Notes: a model not told the origin generated them from the letters alone. Numbered from the stretch's first letter, positions 9,792-19,792 are shown. The stretch is 64,000 nt of DNA from Acidobacteriaceae bacterium (GCA_003151985.1 PLZC01000183.1:13517-77516); one strand, 5' to 3'. Translations and numbers: made by a program.

Positions 9792-10833
9792 TTAGCCGGG
9801 ATTGAGAAAGTCAAACCGCAGGCCGCTTGATCCTTCCCCACCCCCGGTCTGGCGGCGACGTGCGGTCCAGGTGACGCTACGCCCGTTGAGCCAACGCGCA
9901 TAACGATGCACGCGGTCAACCTGCGTGCCTTCGCGCGGCACTTCTTCATCGAAGAGCCAGAGCCTGCTGCCATCCGCGGCGTTGGCCAGCAAAAGGCCTT
10001 GCGGTTCAATCGCGCGCGGCACTCCTCCGTCGTCCACCTCCATGGGAACCATGCGAAGACGAATCGATTTCTGATCCGGCGGAATTTGCTCGGGGGCGAG
10101 CGGAATCCAATAATCGGGCACAATGGTTTCGACATGATAAGAAGGTTGCGCAGGATCGCCAGGTTCGATGCCCGACCCACGCGGCGCGGCGGTCTTTGAC
10201 GCGTTCGAGCCCGTCCTGCACCAGGCCCTCAACGCCCCAGGCGAGATCGGCTACCTGGTCGCGAAGGAAGAGAACGGACTCGACAGCTTTGCTCTCGCTC
10301 AGCGGGCCCGCTGTCGGGGGCAGGAACAACGTGGTTTGTGCGGCGTGGATCGCGCCCCCTTTCGCATCGAGAGAGAAAAGGTTCCACTGCGGTTCGTTCT
10401 CCCCGGCGCGAGACAACAGGAAATTGCGTCCGAAGACATCGCTCACAACGAAGGTGTCCAAATGCGTGAGCGATCCGGCGGAAAGCTTGATTGGCAGCAC
10501 AAACCAGTTGTTGCCGTACACAGTAGCGAACTCAACTAGCAGCAGGCGGCCGATATCATTGGCGGCCGCTTCAACTGAGCCGAGGTCGCACTTTGCGTCT
10601 TCCATGGCCCAGAAACGGGGCAGGGGCATGCCGCCATAGTGCACCGGCGCGGGAACGGACTTGATGGATATATTGAGCGAATCGCCAGTAGGACCGTCCG
10701 CAGCAGCGGGATCGATATCGAAGTCATACCAATCGAGGCCGTCGCCGAGATAGGCGTCCGCGACAAGAACGGTCCCGCCCAGTGCCGGGCTGGAAACCGC
10801 GAATCCGTATTCGAGGCGATTCTGCTGCCAGCA
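9792..10833 (-). pseudogene. 5'-truncated, frameshifted gene of a conserved hypothetical family recalled from DUF6603-type clusters
   Basis: Open frame without a start from about 10833 (WQQNRLEYGFAV...LDWYDFD...GMPLPRFWAMED...LLLVEFATVYGNNWFVLP) switches frame near 10165-10180 into VPDYWIPL...LFDEEVPREG...GGGEGSSGLRFD*. Confidence 0.65.
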
Positions 10834-11312
10834 CCGGCAACGTTAGGTCGATGCCAATGCCGGTCGGCATTGCAGGTTGCACTGCGCCTGGATCGATGCC
10901 GAGTACTCCGGAGCCAACAGCCATGGGAAATTTGGCGCCCAATCCCTCCACGGAGAACGATATCGGCAAGCCAGCCAGACCGCCGGTAAAGTTGACGCCA
11001 AATACAAAATCGAGGCCGCTCCCCTGTGCTTCAGCCGCGACGACGACCGCATCGATCTTGATCCCGGGTAGGTCGAGGGTTACGGGAAGGGTCGCCTTCA
11101 CTCCTCCGCTGCGGAAACTGAGACCACTGGAGGGATTCGCGCCGAGATCCAAATCAATCGCCAGCGTCAGACTATCGCCAATAAGGGCGGATAGGAAGGA
11201 TGGAGAAAGCGCCAGGCATCGCAAATAAATAGTTGATCGTCGGCGCGCCATTGCTGTCGAATGCGGTTTCTGCGCTTGCCTGCAACGTGGGCAGCGTGCC
11301 AGTGGTGCCCAT
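10834..11312 (-). pseudogene. Internally deleted fragment of a large DUF6603-like gene
   Basis: GGAGGAG RBS plus ATG at 11312 (MGTTGTLPTL) closes after about 46 codons; another frame encodes a beta-rich stretch ending ISFSVEGLGAKF...PAMPTGIGIDLTLPV and breaking abruptly at about 10834; family from memory. Confidence 0.45.
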
Positions 11313-11543
11313 TCTCCTCCGAACTCCAACGACGAACATGGGAGGGGTAAGTTCACACTTGCTTGAAAATGACGGAAACGAGGAAGACGGAAAATAGGAA
11401 GCGGATCAGGCGTGCAGGGCAAGTGTAGCTGCAAAGCACGCCCGCAGGAACTAAAATTTTCTCAAGCGTCAGTTTTCCTTGGGAATCGTTGCCTGTTGTC
11501 TGGGTCATTAGATTCCCGGACGCCGGACGAAGTCCCAACACAG

Positions 11544-11670
11544 TTATTGAGTTGCGGGGAGAACCACAGGTTGTCCCGCCGGGAGGCTGTGGCGCTCGCG
11601 CAGGATGCGCTGGATCTCTCCTGCCATCTGATCTCCGCGGGACGGGTCGCTGACAATCAATTTAGCGGAA
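11544..11670 (-). pseudogene. Possible short remnant of a MacB-type ABC permease
   Basis: Frame reads IVSDPSRGDQMAGEIQRILRERHSLPAGQP, resembling the ILRERH..P motif of MacB periplasmic domains; very short. Confidence 0.3.
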
Positions 11671-11691
11671 GATGACGATCTCCCACATGCT

Positions 11692-12366
11692 CTATTGCCT
11701 TTTCATCGTCATGGGCCCAGAGTGCTCTTGGATCGTCACATTGGAAAAGGTCACTGCGGCCAAGCCATTCGCGTTATGCGAGCATACTCCAATTCCAACG
11801 TAGACAGAACCATCCATGATGACCGTTGTCGAGGAGAAGGAGGTCAACTTTCCATCGCCAGAGCCGGTAGAGGCTGTAAACAGGTTGTTCTTGCGTTCAA
11901 TCCGGAGGCGCGTCGATCCAGGTTCGGGGGCGACCACGTCGTCCGTCTTTCCGCCATGAGCCGATCTGTACTGCAGGGTAATATGCCCGTCCGCGTGAAT
12001 GGCGATATCCGCGTAGGGGGAGGCGGGGTCCAGGCTTTGACGGAAGATCAATACGGCCTTTTCCAAAGGAATGTTGTTGCTTGAGGGAAAATGCACGTCC
12101 GCGGTCAATGTCGCATCACCAGACACTTTTACCCATGTAAAGTGGAATGCGTCAGAAATACCCCACATGTCGGCTCCGCCGCCTGTCACTAAATAGTTGC
12201 CGGTGGCCGGGTCATAAACGGTTGAGCCCTGCTGCGTTTGGCCGACATCGGCAGCGCCTGAAAAGATGTCGTGACGCCGGCTCACGTTCTGTTGAGCAGC
12301 AGCCAAGCACGAGACGAGCATCATGACTGCGAGGATGAGACTGAGATTGCGCCAAAGAGGAATCAT
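11692..12366 (-). CDS. Secreted beta-sandwich (ConA/DUF1349-like) protein, resembling the N-domain of acidobacterial TolB-like proteins
   Basis: Signal peptide; GGGADMWGISDAFHF, FRQSLDPASPYAD and VYVGIGVCSHN motifs. Confidence 0.7.
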   Translation of the reverse strand: MIPLWRNLSLILAVMMLVSCLAAAQQNVSRRHDIFSGAADVGQTQQGSTVYDPATGNYLVTGGGADMWGISDAFHFTWVKVSGDATLTADVHFPSSNNIPLEKAVLIFRQSLDPASPYADIAIHADGHITLQYRSAHGGKTDDVVAPEPGSTRLRIERKNNLFTASTGSGDGKLTSFSSTTVIMDGSVYVGIGVCSHNANGLAAVTFSNVTIQEHSGPMTMKRQ

Positions 12367-12498
12367 TGAAGTGTGCTAACTGTATAGGAGCCCAGCGGGC
12401 CTCGGCAATTTACTTGCTTTCGGTCGGGATTTCCTTCCTTCGCAACAGCACCGGCAACCTCAACCAAAGGATGACCAGAAAGCGGATAATAGCCTCTT

Positions 12499-13749
12499 AT
12501 GGCGACACAATCTGTTCCTCGTTCGGCTGAACCAACAACCAACTATACCGGCCCGTTTGCCACGGTCACTGTTTTGTTCTTGATCTTCGGATTCATCACG
12601 AACCTGAACATGGCCCTGGTGCCGCATCTTCGGGCGATCTTCGATCTTTCTTACGGAAAAGCCATGTTGGCGGAGTCGGCATTCTTTCTCTCCTATCTTG
12701 TCTTTGCCGCGCCCACCTCCAGGCTGATTGAGGCCATCGGCTATAAGAGAACCATCGTAGTTTCGCTCTTGATCCAGACTGTGGGCGCGCTTTTCTTCAT
12801 TCCCGCCGCGAAATTCGTCAGTTTCCCGCTCTTTCTCACGGCGATCTTTGTTCTTGGCGCTGGCATCACGGCTCTTCAAACATCGGCCAATCCATACGTC
12901 TCGATTCTCGGTCCCGAGAAGAGTGCGTCTGTCAGGCAAAATCTGGCTCAGGCTGCGAACTCCATCGGCGGAATCCTCGCGCCATTGGCTGCCGGTGCGT
13001 TTATCCTCACAGCCTCGGAGGGATCGCTCTCCAAGGCCGCCGTAGCCAACACCGTGCGAATGCCTTACTTGTTCATCGCCGGCGGACTGCTCATGGTGGC
13101 CTTGGCTGTGGCATTTGTCTATCTGCCCCCCATCGCCGCAACACAGTCCTTTCGTCGCGCCAAAGAAGATGATCCCGTCCTCAGCCGCAGCATATGGAGT
13201 TATCGCCACACGGTGCTCGGCACTGTGGCCTGTTTCTTGTTTGTAGGTGTCGAAGTCGGTCTGGCGTCGATCATGGTCAACTACTTCCGCCAGCAAGGCA
13301 TTCCCACGGCCAAGGCCGCCTCCAGCCTCATCGCCTTCTATTGGGGCGGCCAGTTGATAGGCCGTTTGCTGGGCGCATGGCTTGTCAGCAGGATAGCCGC
13401 TGGCAAATTGCTAGGTGTCTTCGGCTTTGCCGCGGCAACGCTCGTCATCGTTTCCATGGCCACGGCGGGACATATAGCTATCTGGGCATTGCTCCTCTGC
13501 GGCCTCTTCAACTCCATCATGTTCCCAAATATCTTCACGCTTGGCATTGCAGGCCTGGGCCCGCTTACCAGCAGGGGATCGGGACTCATTCTCACCGCGG
13601 CGGTAGGCGGCGGCGTGATTCCTTTCCTTATTGGCGCGTTGGCCGACAAGGTAGACATTCAGCGCGCGCTCGTTCTTCCCATCGCCTGCTATCTCTTTGT
13701 TGCCTATTATGGCTTTTCGGGCTCCACGCCAAGGCCACCAGTATCGTAG
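12499..13749 (+). CDS. Sugar:H+ symporter, FucP/GluP MFS family
   Basis: 12 TM-like segments; LQTSANPYVSILGP, FVGVEV and FNSIMFPNIF motifs. Confidence 0.92.
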   Translation: MATQSVPRSAEPTTNYTGPFATVTVLFLIFGFITNLNMALVPHLRAIFDLSYGKAMLAESAFFLSYLVFAAPTSRLIEAIGYKRTIVVSLLIQTVGALFFIPAAKFVSFPLFLTAIFVLGAGITALQTSANPYVSILGPEKSASVRQNLAQAANSIGGILAPLAAGAFILTASEGSLSKAAVANTVRMPYLFIAGGLLMVALAVAFVYLPPIAATQSFRRAKEDDPVLSRSIWSYRHTVLGTVACFLFVGVEVGLASIMVNYFRQQGIPTAKAASSLIAFYWGGQLIGRLLGAWLVSRIAAGKLLGVFGFAAATLVIVSMATAGHIAIWALLLCGLFNSIMFPNIFTLGIAGLGPLTSRGSGLILTAAVGGGVIPFLIGALADKVDIQRALVLPIACYLFVAYYGFSGSTPRPPVS

Positions 13750-13758
13750 AGAATTCGA

Positions 13759-16700
13759 TCAGAACGAATAGCGGAGAGACAACTGTTGCACTCGCGGCCT
13801 TGTAAGGGTCGCGCCATAAACCCCGAGTTCTCCGCCGGTTGTCATGTTCTGCAATGAGGTAAGCGGATTCACGTCGAAGCGCACGGAGTTTGAGACATTG
13901 AAAACCTCCCAAGCCAGCCTGAATCCGTTGCGTTCGCGAATCTTCCAGTTCTTTGCCAACCGTGCATCTGCGCCAAAGTAGCCGTCACCGCGGAAATTGT
14001 TCCGTTGGCCAGCCTCGCCAGGATACGGGTTGCGCAGATTCTGCAAAACTCGAGTGGGATCTGCAAAGGCTTGGGCTGCGCCGTTGACGATATGAGTATG
14101 CGTTCGGATCGGGCCGGTTTGAATCATGCTGCTCTTTTCGTCCCAATTCGTTCCCCAACCCGCTCCACTGATAACGCTGAACGGAAGCCCGCTGGTCCAA
14201 CGCGTCACTCCGGAAAGCTGCAAGTTCCCGATGATGTTATCGAGCCCTCGACCCACGCCGCCGAGAATGACTTTTCCTCTTCCAACCGGCAGTTCAACAA
14301 CCCAACTTCCTGTGACCAGGTGCCTGACGTCGAAGTCGGATACGGCATAATTCAAGCGCGGATTCCATGCATTGAGCACGGCTCCGAAGCTGCTGCCCGC
14401 GCTGGTTCCGGTGCTCGAGGAGTACATGGTACGTTCGGCATCCGAGCCCATATCCAGCGATTTCGAGAACGTATAGCTCAGTTCCATCTGCACGCCACGA
14501 CTCATCTTGCGCTGTAGCGTTATCTGGCCGGCGTTGTAGTTACTGCTTCCGATCGACGACCAGGCATACAGACTGGCATACTGGCGAGGCCAGAAGCGAT
14601 TGGTCGCTCCTCCGCAGCCGGGGGTGCAGAGAATATCGAGCATATACAGCGATCCCGTTTCGTTGCCGGGAAACCACACCTGGTCGTAAATATTCTGAGT
14701 CGCACTCTTGCCGCCTGTTGCCGCGTCGGGAAACATATCTTCAAAGTAAGGGATAGCGGCTACACTTGCTGCCCCTGCATACTTTTGTTTTGAAAGCTGA
14801 GTAGCTGCAGCGAAGTAATCCTGGCCAGATCGGTGGTCCACCAGATTCAGCGGTTGCGCCAGATCGATCTGCTGCAATTGGCTGCGTCCAAACCTCCCGA
14901 TGTACCCGATCTCCAAAGCGAAGTCGCGGTGCAACTCGCGTTGAATCGAGAAGTTCAACACATGCGAGTAGGGTGCCTTCATGTGATCGTCGAGGCCGTG
15001 CGCAATTTCAAAGCCAGTCCAGAGCGGATCGTTTGGCGCCAGCACCGGGTAACTGACCGCACTTGGCGGCGCGCCTGTTATGTCCGGCAGATCATGAATT
15101 CCCGTGAAGCGCGGTGATGTATCCGGAGTAAGTAGATTGGTCGGATTGGTAATGCTCTCGCTTAGACCAAACGATCCATTTTGGTCGAAGAGATTTACGA
15201 TCCCTTCGCCATAGTGGTCGTAGTAGATTCCGTAACCGGCCCGGATTGAACTTTCCTCAGGTCCACCAAAAAGCCAGTGCCAAAATCTACCCTCGGCCGC
15301 GGGAGAAAAGGCAATCGCAATTCGCGGCGCAACATTGCCCTTCTGCATCGGCCAATAAGGTTTCATGCCCCGCGCCTGCCCCGATGGCGCAAATGAAAGA
15401 TCCGGCTGCACGCTGTTGCCTAGCGCCGCCTGCTCTCCTCGAGTCTTGAACCACTTGTGAATGTCAACCGTTGGTTGCGCCTGCTGTCCGTGCATTTCAA
15501 ATGGCGTTTGCAGCAGCGTGTGGCGCACTCCGAAATTCAACGTGAGACGCGGGCGCACGCGCCACGAATCCTGCAGATAATATTCGAACTCATTGTTCTT
15601 GAACTCTCGGTCCAGCATCGCTCCGGGAGCCAGCAGGCTCGCTGACTTACCATCGACGCCAATCTGGTAATTGGATTGCGTTGTAACCAGATCCATTAGT
15701 CCGGCTAGATTGCCCATGGCAAAACTATAAGAATTTGTGAAACTTCCGGCCACCGCTGGATACCCGAATGCAGCCGGATCGAAACTCTGCCCCGTGTTGG
15801 CAATGCCGGCCTGTGCCAGTGCATAGGAGTTGGTGTAACCATAGCTGTAGGACAAAGCGTCGGAGCTGCGACGGTTGTAAATCCACCTGTAATTCGCGCC
15901 GACCTGAATGGTGTGCGCTTTGTGAGTCATGGTCAAATCGCCAAGAATGTTATGCGTTGGAATGTCTACTATTGTCGTTCTTGTCTCGGCGTAGAGCGGA
16001 CTGATGTTATAGAAGTTAGCGTACTGTCCTTCGCCGATACCCCGGCTGGCGTACCCCTGGCGGGTGAAGCCGTAATGCAGGTTGTTGACGAGATTTGGGG
16101 AGACTTCCCATGTATCTCCCACAACAAACCCCTTGCTGTTATCTGTGTTTGCCGCGCTGGCCGGTTGCGATGGAAACTGCGGAACACCGGATTGTTTATC
16201 GCTCTGCAGATTGCCCCTGGCGAAGAGCCAATTATGGCGCGACAGCATGGAATCCAAGCGCGCAATCGATGTGTTCAGCGATGCCGGGTTCGGCGCGGAC
16301 CAAGTGTACGAGGCGGTATTAAGGCCGTCGCCAGCAGACAGGCCGTTCGGCGTCGGGTACAGATTCAGAACAGTTAGGACGCTGGGGTTCACGCCAGGCC
16401 CCGCAGGGCAAGTGCCGTTTGCTGAACATTTCGGGTCCATCGCCGCAATTTGCGCGGGGCTGAGAAGAACAGAGCCGTTCCCGATGGATGTGACGTATTG
16501 GATTTTCCCTGCACGCATTGAGGCCGTTGGAACCGTCAGCGTCGTTTGCTGATTCTCTGAAGTTTGCTGCCCCTCATAGTTCACAAAAAGGAAAACCCTG
16601 TCCTTCTTGATAGGACCGCCGAGCGATGCTCCGAAGGTATTGCGGATTAGCTTGCCTGGTAAATTCGGCCGCCCGTTGGATAACTCCGCTTGCTTATTGA

Positions 16701-17502
16701 ACCAGTCATTGGCCTCGCCAATTGAACTGCGATTGTACTCATAGAGACTACCGTGCAGACGGTTCGTGCCACTCTTGGTAATCAGACTTACCTGCGCGCC
16801 GGACGATCGTCCGCTGTCAGCGCCAAAGCCAACGGTAGTTACGCGAAAGTCCTGAACGGAATCGAGAGTCGAGCGAAGCACTCCCGTGAATGCGTAACCG
16901 CGAGCTTGATCGTTGTTGTCCACTCCGTCGAGCGTGGCGTTGCCCTGGTCGGATCGGCCACCTGCCGATGCGCCGCTGCGGCTGTCATGACTCTGGTCGT
17001 TCCCGCTGCCAAGGTAGAGAACTCCGGGTTGCAGGCTTAGCAAATCCGGAACATTGCGTCCTTCCATCGGAAGAGACTGAATGGTTGCGTCGTCGACCGC
17101 ATCCCCTACACTGGCGTCAACAAAATTCAATTCATGCTTTCCGGCACTCACCTCTACCACTGTTTCAAGAGACTGCACGGAGAGTGAGAACTTTTCAGTT
17201 ACGGGTTGATTCACCAATAACTCGACCGCCTTCGCCTGTTTGGTAAACTCCCTGGCGGTCGCCGAAATCATGTACTTTCCAGAGGGAATTTGGTGAAACC
17301 GGTATTCGCCTTGCGAGTCGGTAAAGCAAGAGCCTGTGAAACCCGTAGCAGGGTTTTCCAGAACCAACTGGGCGCCAACTATCGCCGCGCCCGAAGAGTC
17401 AGTCACATCTCCACGTAAGGAGGAGGCCGAACTCTGGGCAACTATGGCAGTCGTTGAACTGAGAATCCAAACAATCACTATGAACTGCCGTCGACAACGC
17501 AT
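13759..17502 (-). CDS. Oar-type TonB-dependent receptor
   Basis: 1247 aa; signal peptide; LPMEGRNVPDLLSLQPGV plug; TKSGTNRLHGSLYEYNR; YLQDSWRVRPRLTLNFGVRH; ends LRYSF; starts 6 bp after cobQ stop. Confidence 0.93.
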   Translation of the reverse strand: MRCRRQFIVIVWILSSTTAIVAQSSASSLRGDVTDSSGAAIVGAQLVLENPATGFTGSCFTDSQGEYRFHQIPSGKYMISATAREFTKQAKAVELLVNQPVTEKFSLSVQSLETVVEVSAGKHELNFVDASVGDAVDDATIQSLPMEGRNVPDLLSLQPGVLYLGSGNDQSHDSRSGASAGGRSDQGNATLDGVDNNDQARGYAFTGVLRSTLDSVQDFRVTTVGFGADSGRSSGAQVSLITKSGTNRLHGSLYEYNRSSIGEANDWFNKQAELSNGRPNLPGKLIRNTFGASLGGPIKKDRVFLFVNYEGQQTSENQQTTLTVPTASMRAGKIQYVTSIGNGSVLLSPAQIAAMDPKCSANGTCPAGPGVNPSVLTVLNLYPTPNGLSAGDGLNTASYTWSAPNPASLNTSIARLDSMLSRHNWLFARGNLQSDKQSGVPQFPSQPASAANTDNSKGFVVGDTWEVSPNLVNNLHYGFTRQGYASRGIGEGQYANFYNISPLYAETRTTIVDIPTHNILGDLTMTHKAHTIQVGANYRWIYNRRSSDALSYSYGYTNSYALAQAGIANTGQSFDPAAFGYPAVAGSFTNSYSFAMGNLAGLMDLVTTQSNYQIGVDGKSASLLAPGAMLDREFKNNEFEYYLQDSWRVRPRLTLNFGVRHTLLQTPFEMHGQQAQPTVDIHKWFKTRGEQAALGNSVQPDLSFAPSGQARGMKPYWPMQKGNVAPRIAIAFSPAAEGRFWHWLFGGPEESSIRAGYGIYYDHYGEGIVNLFDQNGSFGLSESITNPTNLLTPDTSPRFTGIHDLPDITGAPPSAVSYPVLAPNDPLWTGFEIAHGLDDHMKAPYSHVLNFSIQRELHRDFALEIGYIGRFGRSQLQQIDLAQPLNLVDHRSGQDYFAAATQLSKQKYAGAASVAAIPYFEDMFPDAATGGKSATQNIYDQVWFPGNETGSLYMLDILCTPGCGGATNRFWPRQYASLYAWSSIGSSNYNAGQITLQRKMSRGVQMELSYTFSKSLDMGSDAERTMYSSSTGTSAGSSFGAVLNAWNPRLNYAVSDFDVRHLVTGSWVVELPVGRGKVILGGVGRGLDNIIGNLQLSGVTRWTSGLPFSVISGAGWGTNWDEKSSMIQTGPIRTHTHIVNGAAQAFADPTRVLQNLRNPYPGEAGQRNNFRGDGYFGADARLAKNWKIRERNGFRLAWEVFNVSNSVRFDVNPLTSLQNMTTGGELGVYGATLTRPRVQQLSLRYSF

Positions 17503-17508
17503 CCCTAA

Positions 17509-19119
17509 TTACTCCTCGCTATTATTTGTGGCGCAGTGACCTAGCTCGTGGTTACAGGGATTACCTTCCCCAGCGCGAAACAGAAGCCCGATCATCTCAA
17601 AGATGGCATCCAGATCCAGAGCGCTTCCAAAAGCGTCCGCGAGCAGATCGAGTTGTTGCCCGCGCCGCTCACTCCACACCAACAGTTCTGTTGGAGCAAG
17701 CATATGAAGAGACGCGCGCGATGCGCGCAGAAATGCGTGCCGGAATGCATCGTGATCGAAGAGCCCATGCAGATAAGTGCCAAAGATTCGTCCGTCTTTC
17801 GAGACGCACCCGTCCGCAAAAGCCTGACTGCCATCGTTCTGCCTCACAATGGACGCAAAAGGCTTTGCTTCATCAAAGTATTCAGTCGTGCCCATGTGAA
17901 TCTCGTAGCCACTTACTTCGCAGGGATCGATCGGCTGACCGAATAGCAAGTCGTCGCCTAACATGCCGCATGCCGGAACGGTGACCTTTTCACGTGCCAT
18001 GATTGTCGATATGGGAAGGAGACCGAGAGCCTTTTCGGTCCCCATGCGCTCCATCCCGAATGGATCGAAAAGCTGTTTCCCCAGCATCTGAAAGCCGCCA
18101 CATATGCCTACGATCAGTTTTCCTTTGCGCGCATGTTTCGTGATTGCCGCCTCGAACCCGCGATCCCGCAACCAACGCAGATCGTCCATAGTCTGTTTGC
18201 TGCCAGGCAAGACAATGACATCCGCAAATACAATGCTGCTGGGATCGTGAAGGTGCTTTAGGGCCACAGAGGGTTCGGCCTGGAGAGGATCGAAGTCAGT
18301 GAAGTTGGAGATCGACGGAAAAGCAATCACGCCGATCTGCAGCCTGCGCGAAGGCACATTCTGTTCGGTCCAAGGCGCCTCGTCTCGCTGGTCGATCCCC
18401 ACACTGTCTTCTTCGTCGAGTGACAAATGTCCGAGATACGGAATCACCCCCATGCAAGGCTTTCCCAGCCGTTGCTCGATCATGCGAATCCCCGGCCAGA
18501 GCAGTGAAACATCGCCGCGAAATTTATTAATGACAAAGCCGGCAATAAGAGCGCGCTCATCGTCATCCAGCAGTTCACATGTTCCCAGCAGCGATGCGAA
18601 AACTCCTCCGCGGTCAATGTCTCCAACGAGCAAACACTTAGCGTTCGCAAGTTTGGCCATTCGCATGTTCACAATGTCATTTTCTTTGAGGTTGATTTCG
18701 GCCGGGGAGCCGGCGCCCTCCAGTACCATCACATCGTTGGCCGCGGCAAGGACTCGATAACTCTCTTCCACAATCGGCAGCAGGCTTGAGATGCTAACTT
18801 CCTGATAGTTGCGCGCATCGAGCATCTTCCAAACCTTGCCTCGCACCACAATCTGCGCGCAGGTATCGCTGCCGGGTTTGATGAGAACCGGGTTCATATG
18901 CACGGATGGAGCAATCCCGGCGGCTTCAGCCTGCAGAGCTTGAGCACGCCCAATTTCGTAGCCGTCCGGCGTGGCAGCAGAATTCAGCGACATGTTCTGC
19001 GACTTGAACGGCGCCACGCGATAACCCGCTCGCGCAAAGATGCGGCACAACGCAGCCGTCATAAGTGACTTGCCCACGTGAGAGGCGGTGCCAAGCACCA
19101 TAATGGCCCGAGCAGTCAT
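17509..19119 (-). CDS. cobQ: Cobyric acid synthase
   Basis: GTASHVGKS P-loop, PFKSQNMSLN, EGAGSPAEINL, ISNFTDFDPL, GICGGFQMLG, GTYLHG; start at ATG 19119 after GAGGAAGG. Confidence 0.97.
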   Translation of the reverse strand: MTARAIMVLGTASHVGKSLMTAALCRIFARAGYRVAPFKSQNMSLNSAATPDGYEIGRAQALQAEAAGIAPSVHMNPVLIKPGSDTCAQIVVRGKVWKMLDARNYQEVSISSLLPIVEESYRVLAAANDVMVLEGAGSPAEINLKENDIVNMRMAKLANAKCLLVGDIDRGGVFASLLGTCELLDDDERALIAGFVINKFRGDVSLLWPGIRMIEQRLGKPCMGVIPYLGHLSLDEEDSVGIDQRDEAPWTEQNVPSRRLQIGVIAFPSISNFTDFDPLQAEPSVALKHLHDPSSIVFADVIVLPGSKQTMDDLRWLRDRGFEAAITKHARKGKLIVGICGGFQMLGKQLFDPFGMERMGTEKALGLLPISTIMAREKVTVPACGMLGDDLLFGQPIDPCEVSGYEIHMGTTEYFDEAKPFASIVRQNDGSQAFADGCVSKDGRIFGTYLHGLFDHDAFRHAFLRASRASLHMLAPTELLVWSERRGQQLDLLADAFGSALDLDAIFEMIGLLFRAGEGNPCNHELGHCATNNSEE

Positions 19120-19220
19120 GGGCCTTCCTCGCTCAACTGGCATGATGGCACACCGGCTACAGAGGCCGGGGTTGCAGTGTCGCGAACCTTATGCCGTAAG
19201 CCTCTTTGGCGAACCCTCAC
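19116..19220 (-). other. 34-aa mini-ORF coupled to both neighbours (possible deletion scar)
   Basis: GTG overlaps the pduO stop (GTGA) and TGA overlaps the cobQ start (ATGA); 105 bp with no internal stop. Confidence 0.35.
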
Positions 19221-19792
19221 CACGCACGCGACCATCGCGGCGCCGTCTTTTTCTCATCCCGCAACCGCGAATCTACTTCAGATCCCAACTCAATCTGGCG
19301 CCCAAACAGCCAGATTAAATCCGAGAGTCTATTGATGTAAGGCAAGGCATGCTCGTGAATTTCCGCTCCACTTTCAGTCAAGCGTACGATGCAGCGCTCT
19401 GCGCGCCGACAGACAGTACGAGCAACCTCAAATGCAGCCGACTCGGTGAGCGCGCCAGGCAGCGACCAATCGGAAAGAATTCCATCCATCGCTTCAATGG
19501 CATGAACCATGTCCGTGAGCTTGTCCACGTCTGCTGCAGAAAGTGGCGGCGTCCCTTTCTTGCTTTCAGGCGGAGTCGCAAGGGCCGACCCGACACGGAA
19601 CAGCGAGTTCTGGATCTCATGCACAGCGGAACAGATCTCTGGATTAGTGCAGATACTTCTGGCGAATCCCAGGGTGGAGTTCAGTTCGTCCACCGTTCCA
19701 TAAGCCTCAACACGCAGATCGGCCTTCGAGACGCGCATTCCTCCGGCCAGACTTGTCTGGCCGCCATCGCCTCCTTTAGTCGCAATGCTCAT
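19217..19792 (-). CDS. pduO: ATP:cob(I)alamin adenosyltransferase, PduO type
   Basis: IATKGGDGGQTSL, RVEAYGTVDELNS, ARTVCRRAER, YINRLSDL; ATGA overlap with cobC. Confidence 0.93.
   Translation of the reverse strand: MSIATKGGDGGQTSLAGGMRVSKADLRVEAYGTVDELNSTLGFARSICTNPEICSAVHEIQNSLFRVGSALATPPESKKGTPPLSAADVDKLTDMVHAIEAMDGILSDWSLPGALTESAAFEVARTVCRRAERCIVRLTESGAEIHEHALPYINRLSDLIWLFGRQIELGSEVDSRLRDEKKTAPRWSRAW

Noticed and set aside
10160-10185. Programmed frameshift joining the two ORFs at 9792-10644
   Set aside because: No slippery heptamer is visible, and the gene also lacks its 5' end, so decay or a sequencing error is more likely
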